Below are positions 39,031 to 51,931 of a DNA stretch of 64,000 bases, piece after piece. Every line of letters starts with the position of its first letter. Within the stretch, counting starts at the first letter, position 1. A program made the translations under genes and the position numbers. This DNA is from Mobula hypostoma (Eukaryota). The DNA lies in the NCBI RefSeq assembly GCF_963921235.1, contig NC_086097.1:19594001-19658000 (forward strand). Reading direction: 5' to 3'. Under the pieces are notes generated by a model that had not been told where the DNA came from, did no database searches, and worked only from the letters and a program-made list of their open reading frames with translations.

Positions 39031-40859
39031 GTAGGATCGTTATGTAGGATTATTTATATAGGATCAGCCATGATGGAATAGCGGAACAGACTCGTTGGGC
39101 TGAATGGCCTAATTCTGCTCCTATGGCCTTATGGACCCAGGTCCATCCCGACTATAGGCACTGTCTGTGTGGAGTAAGCATGTTCTGATTATGACTATTG
39201 ATTCCTATGGGTACGTGGGTTTCTTCCTCCATCCCAAAGGCATGCTGGTCATCAGGTTAAATTTTCACCAAGTTCAAGAGCAGAGCAGACACATGGGAGC
39301 ACCACTACAAGCAGGTGCCCCCCCCCCCTTTAAATGACAGAATCCCGACTTGTAACTATATCAATGATCCGTCATCATCCTTTGGTCTAAATCTCTAAAC
39401 TCCCCACCAAATTTCAACAGGACTGCAGTGATAAAGAAGCTGGGTAATTAGGAAAAAAGTTTTGGCCTTAGCAATGACATCCTTATCCCAAAATATTAAT
39501 ACAAATATTACATAAAACATAGAATAGCAGGCTCTTTGGCCCACGATATCTGCACCAAACATGATGCCATATTAAGTTAAATCTCTTCTACCTGTATATC
39601 ATCTATTTCCCTCCAGAAACTAAATATTCATGGATCTGTCGAACAGCCTCTTAAATGCCACTATCTGCTTCCATCACCACCCCTGGCAGTCCATTTCAGG
39701 CACTTACCCATCTCCATGTAAAATCTTGCTCCATGCCTGTTCTTTAAATTTCCCCCCTTTCACCAAAAATGCATGCCCTTTAGAATCTTTAGAAAAAGAT
39801 TCTGACTGTTCTCCTTATCTCTGCCTCTCCTAATTTTATAATCAGGTCTCCTCTTAGCCTCCAACACTCCAGAAAATATTCTATATATAATATCTTAAGT
39901 GATCTCACATCCCTTGAAACTAGAGGCAAATGTTCAGGTGTCGAAAATCAACCTTTGGAATCTGGCTAGCAAGTTCTCCGAATTACGCAGGGCTTTGACC
40001 TGAAACATTGACAATCGCTTTCCTCCCTTTGAAAGGGAGAATAAAACTACACCTGTGCAAATCCCTGCAGCATTTGGTGACCCTGTGATCTCTACCTCAG
40101 AGGCTAATGTTAGAACATCTTTCAAAAGGGTGAACTGTCTGAAGGCATCAGGTCCTGATGGTGTACCTGGTAGGGTACTGAAAACCTGTGCCAACCGACT
40201 GGTGGGAGTGTTCAAGGACATCTTCAGTCATTCACTGCTGCAGTCAGAGGTTCCTACCTGCTTCGAAAGGGTGACAATGAACCCATGTACACTACCTCAC
40301 TGTTTTTTGCACTAATTTAATTTAATTTTTAAATATACTCTAGATTCCTTATTGTCCTGATGTCTTCTGGTCCCCTGCAAATGGGTGGAGTAGAGAATAG
40401 AGACCAATGATTTCCAGAGGATGAACCAAAGTAGAAGAAAGGTTTTTGACCGGTGAGCTGTGAGATTATGAGATTTTCACCATATTCATAACCAACGTTC
40501 CCTCTAACTTGTTTTTCAGCTGTGCTGACTGATCAATGCTCTGAAAAGGAATTTTTTACACAGCCTGAAAACTGCAGGGCACTTTAATAAAACATTATAT
40601 AAAAGACAATTCCAGCTGTGTGACAACAAAGGCTATGTGCATGGGAGCATTTCAGTTATTGCACGGCAGCACACCCGCGCAGTTTAGGTGAAGCAAAAGG
40701 GATACAATGCCCAAGTCAGTGTGTTCTGACATACAGATTCAAAGGAGATTGAAGCACAATTTTTGTAATGGGAGCAGAATATAGAGCGGACAATAAGCTG
40801 TCTACTTGGAGCATGGAACCATTGCCAAAGCTCCTGACTTGAACCAGGACCGAGGGCTA

Positions 40860-41096
40860 TCTAGGTGTTACGTCACCGCGCGGCACATTTGCCAGTACTC
40901 AGCGTGTGGCTTCAGCACGACGCCGATTTGCCAGTACTCTGCGTATTACGTCAACACGTTGAGACAGTTTCTCCGTGTTCTGCCATCAGCGTGATGCGCC
41001 TGCGCGGTGCTGTGGCTTCACGTGACAGTGGTTCGGTCCCGGAGTCCGGACTCGGTTCCCGTGGGCGTGACTGACAGGTCGCTAGTCCTGAGGGCG
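40860..41096 (+). promoter_or_regulatory. ABCD4: CpG-rich ABCD4 proximal promoter / 5' UTR
   Basis: Marked CpG enrichment directly upstream of the ATG; TTACGTCA at 40868 and 40946; NRF1-like TGCGCCTGCGCG 40995-41006; E-box TCACGTGAC 41018-41026. Confidence 0.75.
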
Positions 41097-41146
41097 ATGT
41101 CAGGCTCCGAGCGGCTGGGCAGGAGAGGGCAGCAGGAATGCACCAG
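41097..41146 (+). CDS. ABCD4: ABCD4 coding exon 1 (MSGSERLGRRGQQECT-R)
   Basis: GGGCGATGT start in CpG-rich context; donor AG|GTAAAG; phase 2 joins exon 2 in frame to give ..TRPKLDL; peptide itself is poorly conserved, so lower confidence. Confidence 0.75.
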
Positions 41147-42821
41147 GTAAAGTGGGAGATTGTGAGTATTAAATGCTGCAGTCAGCATGAAAGCAGAGCA
41201 TTAACACTTTACTATTTTACATCGCCATTGACCCCTGACTGTCCGGCAGATTCCAGGGGTCAATGGGGTCAATAGCTTCATTCATCTGGGACTCCAGACA
41301 AGCGTGCTGTTCAACTGTAGGAGACACCGGAAACTTGCGCTCTCTAGTATTCACGGAGATTCCGGATAGATTCTGGCATGGTTCATTTGCCCATTCAACA
41401 AGCACCTTTGAACTCACTTGAGGCTTCTCCGTGAGCCACAGAGTATTTCAGAACGGCACGTGAAAATACAGCACCCCAGGTAAAAAAAAATTGTCCCTCA
41501 GGTTTCTATTAAATCTTGTCCCACTCACCCTAAACTTACAGCATGGCCCCGAATTTTTGGCTCCCCACTCTTAGGGGAAAAGTCAGTGGATGTATTCACC
41601 CGATCTATGCCCCTCTTGATGTTATGGACCTCTATAGGATCAGTCTCCTACTCGCCAAGGAATAAAACCCAGTCTTTCCTGTACCCCAGCACCACTGAAC
41701 TCACTCGAAGCACCTCCTGGAGTCGCAGAGTAAAACAGCAGGGAACCAGGCCCTTCTGCCCTTCTCATCCTTGCTGACCAAGATGCCCATCTAAGCTAGT
41801 CCCACGAACCTGTGATTGGCCCATATCCCCTGAAACATTTCCTAAGCACAAACCTGCCCAGTCACTTCTGACATCTTTTGCCATAGACACACTACCCTCT
41901 GGGTGAAAAGGTTTCCCCTCAGGTCTGTATTAAATCTTTCCCCACTTGCCTAAACCTACAGTATGCTCCCTAGTGTTCGGTTCCCTAATCTTAAGGAAAG
42001 AGACTATGTATATGTTCACTCTATATCTATGCCCCCCATGATTTTATAGACCTCGACAGGATCTGCCTCCTACGGTCCAAGGAATAAAGCCCAGTCTTAC
42101 CCTATAATCCAGTCCTGGCAGCATCCTAGTGAATCTCATTAGCACTCGACCCATCAGCTGTCTCACAGTTGCAGTGGCCAGCATTCGATCCTGACCTCTG
42201 GTGCTGTCAGTGTAAAGTTTGTACAGTTTTCCTGTAACAACATGGATTTTCCTTTGTGCTCCCATTCCACGTCCCATAGACGTTGTGGTCAGTCAATTGG
42301 CTACTCCGGATAAGTGGTAAAAGAATCAAAGGGGAGTTGATGAGCAGGTGAGAGGAAATAAATGATAAAGTTACAGAGAAATAAGAGGAGTGCGATTGCA
42401 ATGTATAAATCTTACTTATTAGTAGTAAAAATAATATGTCTCCAAAGACCCTTGCAACAATTACATGGTGGGGAGCGTTCTAACTGGATGCATCACTGTC
42501 TGGTATGGGGGTAGACTGGGTGGAACTGCACAGAATTGAAATAAGCTGCAGAAGATTGTCAACTCAGACAGCTCCATCATGGGCACTAGACTCCCCAGCA
42601 TCCAGGACACCTTCAAGGAGCAATGCCTCAAAAAGGCGGCATCCATCATTAAGGACCCCCACCACCCAAGCCATGCCTTCTTCTCAGTGCTACCATCAGG
42701 GGGGAGGTACAGGAGTCTGAAGACATGTTCAGTGAGTCAGGAGCTGCTTCTTCCCTCTGCATCAGATTTCTAAATGGACAATAAAACCATGAAACACTAC
42801 CACACACACACACACACACAC

Positions 42822-43408
42822 AGAAATCTGTAGATGCTGGAATTTCAAGCAACACACATCAAAGTTGCTGGTGAATGCAGCAGGCCAGGCAGCATCTCTA
42901 GGAAGAGGTACATTCGACGTTTCGGGCTGAGACCCTTTGTCAGGGCTAACTGAAATAGTCATAGTCATACTTTATTGATCCCGGGGGAAACTGGTTTTCG
43001 TTACAGTTGCACCATAAATAAATAGTAATAAAACCATAAATAATTAAATAGTAATATGTAATTTATGCCAGTAAATTATGAAACAAGTCCAGGACCAGCC
43101 TATTGGCTCAGGGTGTCTGACCCTCCAAGGGAGGAGTTGTAAAGTTTGATGGCCACAGGGAGGAATGACTTCCTATGATGCTCTGTGTTGCATCTCGGTG
43201 GAATGAGTCTCTGGCTGAATGTGCTCTTGTGCCCAACCAGTACCAATCACCTGTCCAGCTCTTGGCTCCATCCCTCCCCCTCCTATCTTCTCCTATCATT
43301 TTGGATCTCCCCCTCCCCCTCCCACTTTCAAATCTCTTACTAGCTCTTCCTTCAGTTAGTCCTGACGAAGGGTCTCGGCCCGAAATGTCGACTATACCTC
43401 TTCCTAGA
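42822..43408. mobile_element. Oppositely oriented Penelope-type termini (42822-42954 minus; 43244-43408 plus) separated by a Rex-type 3' fragment (42955-43243 minus)
   Basis: Both arms match the 57165-57440 terminus; hammerhead motifs at 42912-42947 (-) and 43358-43393 (+). Confidence 0.7.
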
Positions 43409-44215
43409 AACACTACCTCACTACTTGTTTTTTTTCCCTTTTTTTTTGCACTAATTTAATTTCTTGAAGGTGAGAGGGGGATAGGTTCAAGGTGGATGTG
43501 AGGGGCAAGTTTTTTACTCGGAGTGGTGGATGCCTGGTATGCGCTGCCTGGTAAAGTGGTAGAGGCAGATACATTAGCGACATTAAGATAGGCACACGAA
43601 TGTGAGGAAACTGGAGGGGTATGGACATTGTGTAGGTAGGAGGGATTAGTTCTGGGTTTTTTTTTGATTTATTAGTTGGTTCGGCACAACATTATGGGCC
43701 GAAGGGCCAATTCTTGTGCTGTACTGTTCCATATTCTAATGGGCTGAATGGCTTCCCATGTAAGACCTATGCAATGCTATCCTGCACCTTGAGGATTCTT
43801 CCCCTGTTGCCCTCAAGGATCAGTCTGTCAGTGGTTCATCTTTGACCTGAAATGTTGACTTTGTTTCTTTCCTGTCCATAGATGCTGGCTGACCATTTGG
43901 ATAGTACCAGTTCAGACTTCAGCATTTCCTGTTTTTATTGCAGATTTCTGAGCTGAAGTGCTTTGATTTTAAACATCTCCAGAATTTATAATCGGCAGTA
44001 TCCAGTAATTTTTAAATTTTATTTAGAGAAACAGCACTGTAAAAGGCCGTTCTGACCCAGTGAGCCCGTGCTGTCAGGTTACACCCATGTGACTAATTGA
44101 CCTATTAACCCCTGTGTCTTTGGAATGTGGGAGGAAACCAGAGCACACAGAGGAGAGGGAGAGGGGGAGAGAGAGAATTTGAATTCGAATTGCCTGGTGT
44201 GCTCTGTACTTTCAG

Positions 44216-44334
44216 GCCGAAGCTGGACCTTCTGCTGGTGAAACGATTCTTCCGCATCCAGGCAATCCTCTTCCCCTCTTGGTCGTCCCAGAGTGTGCTG
44301 ATGTTCGCCACGCTGCTCTTTGTTGCCTTGCTTG
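44216..44334 (+). CDS. ABCD4: ABCD4 exon 2 (119 nt)
   Basis: TTTCAG|G...CTTG|GTGAGT; PKLDLLLVKRFFRIQAILFPSWSSQSVLMFATLLFVALL matches the ABCD4 LFPSWSSQ motif as I recall it. Confidence 0.95.
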
Positions 44335-44780
44335 GTGAGTGTCAATCTGACCCGGCCCCAGCACTCTCAGGATGCAGTGCTTGATTACGGTATGGAAAGA
44401 GTGACATCTAGATCTGTTGTCTAGCGGTTTGTGGGGTTTTGAGGCCCAACAGGCCGCCAGCTAGTGGCTTTGCACCAGCTTTCTCCACCCAGGACATCTG
44501 GGATTTATGTGCAACAACCTCAGACAAACTAGAGTGAGATGGGCTCCCCTCAGTCTCACCATCACGACAGTGACGTAGTGGAGACAGGAGGAGGAATTGG
44601 TCCATCTAGTCTGTGCCAAGCACCTGTTCTGCCTAGTCCCCTCGACCGGCACCTGGACCATAATTGTACATAGCCTCTCACCCATGTAACTATTCAAACT
44701 TAAATTCTGTGAGTTGGACACTCCACAACAGGGGTGCATGAGAAGAGCTACTTTTTAATCAGAGTGGCGATGCAAGATTT

Positions 44781-45368
44781 TAGTCATAGTCATACTTTAT
44801 TGATCCCAAGGGAAATTGGTTTTCGTTACAGTTGCACCATAAATAATTAAATAGTAATCAAACAATAAATATTTAAATAGTAATATGTAAATTATGCCAG
44901 GAAATAAGTCCAGGACCAGCCTATTGGCTCAGGGTGTCTGACCCTCCAAGGGAGGAATTGTCAAGTTTGACGGCCACAGGCAGGAATGACTTACTATGAC
45001 GCTCTGTGTTGCATCTCGGTGGAATGAGTCTCTGGCTGAATGTACTCTTGTGCCCAACCAGTACATTATGTAGTGGATGGGAGACATTGACCAAGATGGC
45101 ATGCAACTTGGACAGCATCCTCTTTTCAGACACCACCGTCAGAGAATCCAGTTCCATCCCCACAACATCACTGGCCTTACGAATGAGTTTGTTGATTCTG
45201 TTGGTGTCTGCCACCCTCAGCCTGCTGCCCCAGCACACAACGGCAAACATGATGGCACTGGCCACCACAGACTCGAACATCCTCAGCATCGTCCGGCAGA
45301 TGTTAAAGGACCTCAGTCTCCTCAGGAAATAGAGGCGGCTCTGACCCTTCTTGTAGACAGCCTCAGTG
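44781..45368 (-). mobile_element. Young Rex1-type LINE 3' fragment in ABCD4 intron 2
   Basis: ORF 44921-45373 ending ...GGSDTLSQ*; (ATGACT)n tail. Confidence 0.85.
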
Positions 45369-45782
45369 GTCAAAGGCAGAGTTTCACAGCAGTTTTACTG
45401 ATTTGAGGTGTGACCAATCAGCAAGCGGTGGAGTATAAAAAGAAAAGAGCTATCCGTCAGTCAGGACCTCAGCTTCTTTTCTTTGTTTGCACTTTGCTTA
45501 TCTAACACTTAATATAACATAACCATCACGTTTTATGCCTCATTCAGAACTTCGAAAGAACCTTTGGATCAATGCCACCAGATTCCGCAACCCAAAACCT
45601 CGGCTGTCCATTTCCCTCCAGAGATGTTGCCTGACCCGCCGAGTTCCTCCAGCTCCTTTGTATGTTGCTGCAGATTCCAGCGTCTGAATTCCCTTGTATA
45701 ATTAAAGAATGGGTTGGCCTCAGAGCTGATTTGAGAAGGTGTGAGCAGACTTGTAGTAACTGCCTTGGCCATTTCTTCACAG

Positions 45783-45910
45783 AGCAACTGGTGGTTTATC
45801 AAGTGGGAATTGTTCCCAGCCGCTTCTTCAAAGTTCTGGGAAGCAAGGATCTAGTTGGTTTCAGAGAACTTACCTCCATTGCCATCTGCCTCATCGTGGC
45901 CAACTCTCTG
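45783..45910 (+). CDS. ABCD4: ABCD4 exon 3 (128 nt)
   Basis: TTCACAG|AG...CTG|GTGAGT; EQLVVYQVGIVPSRFFKVLGSKDLVGFRELTSIAICLIVANSL. Confidence 0.95.
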
Positions 45911-45948
45911 GTGAGTGAGTGAACCAGTTTCCTAAGCAAATTAAGATA

Positions 45949-47427
45949 CAGGTTTCCCCTGCCATCCGAAGGTAGAGCGTTCCTATGAAACGGTTCGTAA
46001 GCTGGAATGTCGTAAAGCGAAGAAGCAATTACCATTTATTTATATGGGAAAATTTTGTGAGCGTTCACAGACCCAAAAATAACCTACCAAATCATGCCAA
46101 ATAACACATAAAACCTAAAATAACAGTAACGTATAGTAAAAGCAGGAATGATATGATGAATACACAGCCTATATAAAGTAGAAATACTTTTCCACAATCA
46201 TTGCCTGCACTGTTCTCTGTAGCGAAAATCTCACGCAAGCGCTGTTGGCAAAAACATGGTGCAAGCGCTCTCCAGTAACCTTTAAGCTATGAAGCTGCCA
46301 AATCATACCAAATAACAGGTAAAAATACACAGCCGATATAAAGTAGAAATAATGTATGTACAGTGTAGTATCACGGGAATCGGGAAGACAGCGCAGAGCA
46401 CACTGATGATGGTGTGTTAGGCTGAGTCGTCGGAGGTTGGGGTGGTGCAGTGGCCCCCACCCTCTGGGCCGCCGACCGATACCGATTGCACCGCCTCTGA
46501 TCTGGGCCAACAATTACATGCCGGGTGGCACCTAATTAATTAGCTTGTTTATTTCAGCTTTTTTCTTAAAGATGTGCTGTGTGCCTCCCGGCTACCGCTG
46601 CATTCTCCACAAATCGGTATCTGTCATCTCGACCTTCGACATCGAAGCGGGCAGTCATAGGAGAAGATCAGCTGCCTGCCCTAATGGAAACAGACAACGA
46701 TGAGGTGACACCCCAGTGTCCCACCACCCCAACCCCCAGGCCACTGTGGCTGATGTGGAAGGCTTGAAAAACGACAGTATGCTTGACTGCTGAGCCTCGC
46801 GCATTTTTCTATCATACAGTTCTTTGTAAACACTCAAACCATCTTGCAAATATGCCTTAAACCGATGTACCCTTTCAAAATTAAAGTCGTACTTTATCAT
46901 TGCAGCGAAAATCTCACGCAGTTGCTTCATGTTCAGTTCCTGGACAACTTCACTTTCGGTCCGTTCAGTTTCGATTGTTATCCTTTCCTCTTCCAATTGC
47001 ATCAGCTCTTCATCTATCAGTTCTTGGTCATAGGATGCCAAAACCTCTTCAACATCATCTTCGTCAACTTCCACAAGCCAAACTTGCTTTGTCCTTCCTT
47101 CGTTCACCACGATCAAAACGCTTAATTATGTCTAGTTTTACGCTAGGTGTAACACCCTTACGAGCTGTTTCAGGCTTTTTCGATACCTTAGAACTCATCT
47201 TGCTAATGGCTGCTCACATGCACGTGTTTTAGCAATGCTGGCTAGAATGCCGTTCTGAATCCGGGGGAAAGCGGCTGCTCGGGGCGCGCGCTGATTTTTT
47301 TTTTCGTGCGCTGCCTTTTTTCGTAACAGTGAAAACACCTTCTGTTAGCGAAAACAGGGAACTAATGTAGGTCTTTCGTAACAGTGAGATTTCGTAAAGC
47401 GAACGTTCAAAAAGTGGGGGAAACCTG
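45949..47427 (-). mobile_element. Tigger/pogo-like non-autonomous DNA transposon (1479 bp)
   Basis: TIRs CAGGTTTCCCC... / ...GGGGAAACCTG flanked by TA at 45947-48 and 47428-29; acidic pogo-type transposase C-terminus (EVDEDDVEEVLAS..YKELYD..QSSILSFFK) in ORF 46655-47116. Confidence 0.88.
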
Positions 47428-48968
47428 TATACTGAAGGCGGGCTTTATAAAGGTGGGCTGAGTGTTGAAAGGTGGAATTCTGCTAGTCATGTCTCCTGTC
47501 CCTTGGACATTTGGGAGGCAATTAAGGCAATTAATGACCAGCAAACCTTACAGCTTAATATTTGTCTGCATTGGAAGGCCATCTTCCTTGTGTTGTACCC
47601 ACAAGCCTATTCTTTGGTAGGAAGTTTGGGTCCCAGCTGATGGGGAAAAACCCCATGTTAACATGCTCTACCTGCTTGGTTGTCTCACCAACTTATGAGC
47701 AGCGAGAAGAGAGGATGACCTGGAGGAACTCGGCAAGTCAGGCTGCATTTACAGAGGGGAATAAACAGTCGACATTTCCGGTCATTGATGAAGGGTGTCA
47801 GCCTGAAGCGTCGACTGTGACTCCATTTTTCTCTTTTCATTCTCCTGCATCGGGTGAGGGTCTTCTTGTCTGAGGGTGTTTGTAAGACGGTGAACGAGGG
47901 GCAGGGTGATGTACAGGCTTACCTGTCTTTGCTTTCTCTGCTGAAAGTTGGACAGGAGGTTTTCTGTAGTGGCCCTGCTCTGTCCCCTCCTTCCCTCTCC
48001 CACTCAAACCCTCCTCCATCCCAGTAGGTACTCCCTGTGTTCAGAGGGCCCACACTTTGCTGTATGGCCATGCGTCTTGAAACGTCATTGCAGAGACTCT
48101 CCACCCAGCAAACTGTTTCCTCCGAAAGTTCTCTTCTGTAAGGGGCTGTAAGGCTATTTAAACTAAAACCGTGCCAACTTAACCGGTCCTTCCTCCAGGC
48201 AGTTAATTTGATCAACCACTCTAGTTAGCTCCCCACCCCCTCTACTGTGTCTATTACCTCAGTCACCGAACGGCAGTGTAAACACTTTAAACCACTTCTT
48301 ATAATGCTGTTTACACTGAGAATACATGCGCCCTGGTATCTATGCACATTTTATTCCATAGCCATACTTTAACCGCTAAGTTTACTTTTTATCATCATCT
48401 TCACTATATGCCGTCTCGTATGACGTGGCAATCGTGGTCGACCTTGATTGTTCTTGGGAGGATTTTCTACAGAAGTGGTTTGCCATTGCCGCCTTCTAGG
48501 CAGTGTCTTTACAAGACAGGTGAGCCCAGCCGTTATGAATACTCTTCAGAGATTGCCTCCCTGGCATCAGTGGTTGCAATAACTGCAATAGCAGTTGTGA
48601 TCTGCACCAACTGCTCATATGACCATCCACCACCTGCTCCCATGGCTTCACATGACCCTGATCAGGGGCTAAGCAGATGTAGCACCTTGCCCAAGGGTGA
48701 CCTGCAGACTAGCAGAGGGAAGGAGCTCCTTACTCTGGTAGAGATGTATCTCCAACCCGCCACACATTTTTAAAAAAATTTAATTCTTTATTCTTTATAA
48801 TTGTTGAATGTTGTTGCTATTTGTTGCACATCACACCAACACACCACGACAAATTCATAATCCGTGTAAGTGTGTATGCTGAATAAAGTTAAATCTTTAA
48901 TCCCTGAGCTGGGAATGTGATGGCTTTGCTTGTTACTTCTGACACCGGTGACGGCTTTTCTCTTTCAG

Positions 48969-49108
48969 CTGAAGAGTTTTGACCAGTACATCTCGAACCT
49001 GTTGTATGTCAGATGGAGGCAGAACCTGACGCAGAACCTGCACCAGAGCTACTTCAGGAGGAAGGTCTACTACAGTCTAAATGTGCTCCACACCAGCCTG
49101 GATAACCC
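48969..49108 (+). CDS. ABCD4: ABCD4 exon 4 (140 nt)
   Basis: TTTCAG|CTG...[55 protein letters not shown]. Confidence 0.96.
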
Positions 49109-49350
49109 GTAAGTGGAACCTGAGCTGCTTTTCAAATTGGCTTCCCATAAGACATAGGAGCAGAATTAAGCCATCTGACCTCCGAGTTTGCTCCACGCTT
49201 CCATCATGTGTGATTTTCAGCCCTACAGCCCCATACAGCCTTTGGCCCATCCAGTCTGTGCCAAACTATCATACTGCCTAGTCCCATCGATCTTCACCCA
49301 GACCATAGCCCTCCCATCTGTGTACATTTACACACTTTTCTCAAATGTTG

Positions 49351-49675
49351 CAATCTTGGACAATGTCTCCTATCCGCTACATAATGTACTGGTTGGGCAC
49401 AGGAGTACATTCAGCCAGAGACTCATTCCACCGAGATGCAACACTGAGCGTCATAGGAAGTCATTCCTGCCTGTGGCCATCAAACTTTAGAACTCCTCCC
49501 TTGGAGGGTCAGACACCCTGAGCCAATAGGCTGGTCCTGGACTTATTTCCATCTGGCATAATTTACATATTATTATTTATGGTTTTATATTGCTATATTT
49601 ATACTCTATTCTTGTCTGGTGCAACTGTAACGAAACCCAATTTCCCTCGGGATCAATGAACTATGACTATGACTA
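49351..49675 (+). mobile_element. Young Rex1-type LINE 3' fragment in intron 4, inserted in a CR1 remnant
   Basis: ILDNVSYPLHNVLVGHRSTFSQRLIPPRC; tail CTATGACTATGACTA. Confidence 0.85.
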
Positions 49676-51251
49676 ATCAAACCCGCACCCTCCACTGCTG
49701 CTGGCAGCTCGTTCCATCACCCACGGAGTGAAGAAGTTCCTTCTCGGATTTCCCCTTAAATATTTCACCTTTCACCCTTGACCTATGGCACCTAGCTCTA
49801 GTTTCACCCAACCTCAGTGGAAAAAGGCCTGCTTGCACTCACCCTATCTATAGCCCTCATAAATCCTAATCTATTCCCAATAACTCAGGGCCTCAACTCA
49901 GACCACCTCCTGAATAAGTGTGTGAATTTGTTTAATATTATCATCATATACAGTGAAAAGCTTTCGAGGGTATGCCTGCCAAACAGATCACCTCACACAT
50001 AGGTACATCGAGGTGGTAAGTACCAGACAGAGTGCAGGCTGTAGCTACAGAGAAAGTGCTGCCCTTCCACGTACCTACCCAAATTTCTTTCAAGTGTTGA
50101 AATCAAGCCCGCGTCCACCTCTTCCGCTGGCAGCTTATTCCACGTTCTCACCATCCTCTGAGTGTAGAATTTCCTGCTTATCTTCACCTTTCACCCTTAA
50201 CCTCTAGCCCTAGTCTCACCTGACCTCAGTGGAAAAAGCCTGCTTGCAGTTACCCTATCTAAATCCCTCATAATTTTGAATATCTCTATCAAATCTCTCC
50301 TCATTCTCCTACGCTCCGGGGTATAAAGACCTAATCTATTCAATCTTCCCCTTAACTCAGATTCTCAAGTCCTGGTAGCATCCTTGCTAACTTTCTCTGC
50401 CCTCTCAATCTTTTTGGTATCTCCCCCTTGGCTTGAGCAATCAGGTGCACCCAGAGTGGGCATCTTGTCAGCCGCAAACTTACTTAGCTCTGGTGTGGCT
50501 GGGCTAAGATGGGGCAGGGGTGTGGGTTATTGATCCTGGCTATGCCGTGACCCAGGAAATCAGTTCCATAACCCCCCCCGCAATACCTCGACACCTACCC
50601 TTGGAGTGGTGAGCAACTGCCAGGAAAGGTGCTGGAGGATGCAATAGTTGTTCGACTCTGAACCCAGACACCCACTTGAGCAGTGCAGTGGCGCGGCTGG
50701 TAGAGCCACTGCCTTGCAGCACCGGAGACCCAGTTCAATCCTGACCTCGGGTGCTGTCTGTGTGGAGTTTGAACGTTCTCCCTGTGGTCGTGTGGGTGCT
50801 ATTCTTGGAACATGGAGCATACTGCCCCTTCAGCCCACAATGTTGGCCTGACCTTTTAACCTACTCCAAACTCAATTTGACTCTTCCCTCCTCCATAACC
50901 CTCCATTTTTCTATCTTTCATGTGTCTCTTAAATGTCCCCAATTGCCTCTACCACATCCCCTGGCAATGGGTTCCATGCACTCACCACTCTCTTTTTTAA
51001 AAAAAAAGTACCCCTGACATTGCCGTCACCCCTCCCCATACTTTTTTTCCAATCACCTGAAAATTGTGCACTCCCGTACTAGTCATTGTCACCCGCCCTG
51101 GGAGAAAAGTGCTGGCTGCTGGCTCTGCCTGTGTTAATTCTATCTCGATGATGGAAACACGGAGGCCTATGCAGGAGGGAAGAGTTAGATTGATCTTAGA
51201 GTATGTTAAGGGTTTGGCACAACATCATGGGCTGTAGGGTCCCGTACTATG

Positions 51252-51931
51252 TGTGGCCCCTGGTGAGCCTCAGGCTCGCTCAACTCGCTTCCGTCTAGAG
51301 GGAGCAGCCTTTGGCCCTGCCAGACTGGGTAATCAAGTTTGTGTGGATGCTGTGTGATATACCCCACCATGCCAAATAACAGACAATACACCATATGTGA
51401 TTAAATGATTACACTTTAGAGATCTTACTGGAACTATGTAATTAATAGATTTAAAATATAAAAGGCGCCAAGCTTATCAAAGTTCAGCCACTTCGTGCAC
51501 AACAGTTGGATCTCAAGTAACAGAGTCTCCTTTCCACCATTCGATCCCCTCTGACCACCTCGACCCGCCACCTGGGACCAGCCACGGTGGTCGACCAGAC
51601 ACTCCACACGAGTCTATCTTCGTCTCTTATCCTTGCCGAAAACCCTGGGCCTCGGACTCCCGCTCAGGGTCACAGCATCGTGTCTCCTCTTTCTGTCCCC
51701 ATCGTGCCTTCTGCCTCAAAACCCACGAACAATAGCTTACAGACACACAAGAAAGAATAACATCTATCCCAATTGGTTAGCAAATGAATACAATTCTCTT
51801 TATAACCCAAACAAGCTGCTAGAGAGAGAACTTTCTCAGCAGTTATTACAGAAAAGCCATTTTAATTATAACATAACAAAGAACCCATTTTGTTAGCCTT
51901 CACAGTAACATAAAAGAAGAAACCCCTCACA
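51252..51931. mobile_element. Solo-LTR-like element related to 1700-2278
   Basis: TGTG...CACA termini; flanks TATG/TAGG (one mismatch); shares the CAGCCT..GGCCC..CCA.ACT..GTTTG.GTGGATGCTGT.TGAT block with 1740-1800. Confidence 0.55.

Noticed and set aside
40887..40944. Spaced direct repeats superficially like a CRISPR array
   Set aside because: Only two units, vertebrate promoter context, no cas genes
41138..41146. Second ATG in exon 1 as the ABCD4 start
   Set aside because: Gives phase 0 at the donor, out of frame with exon 2
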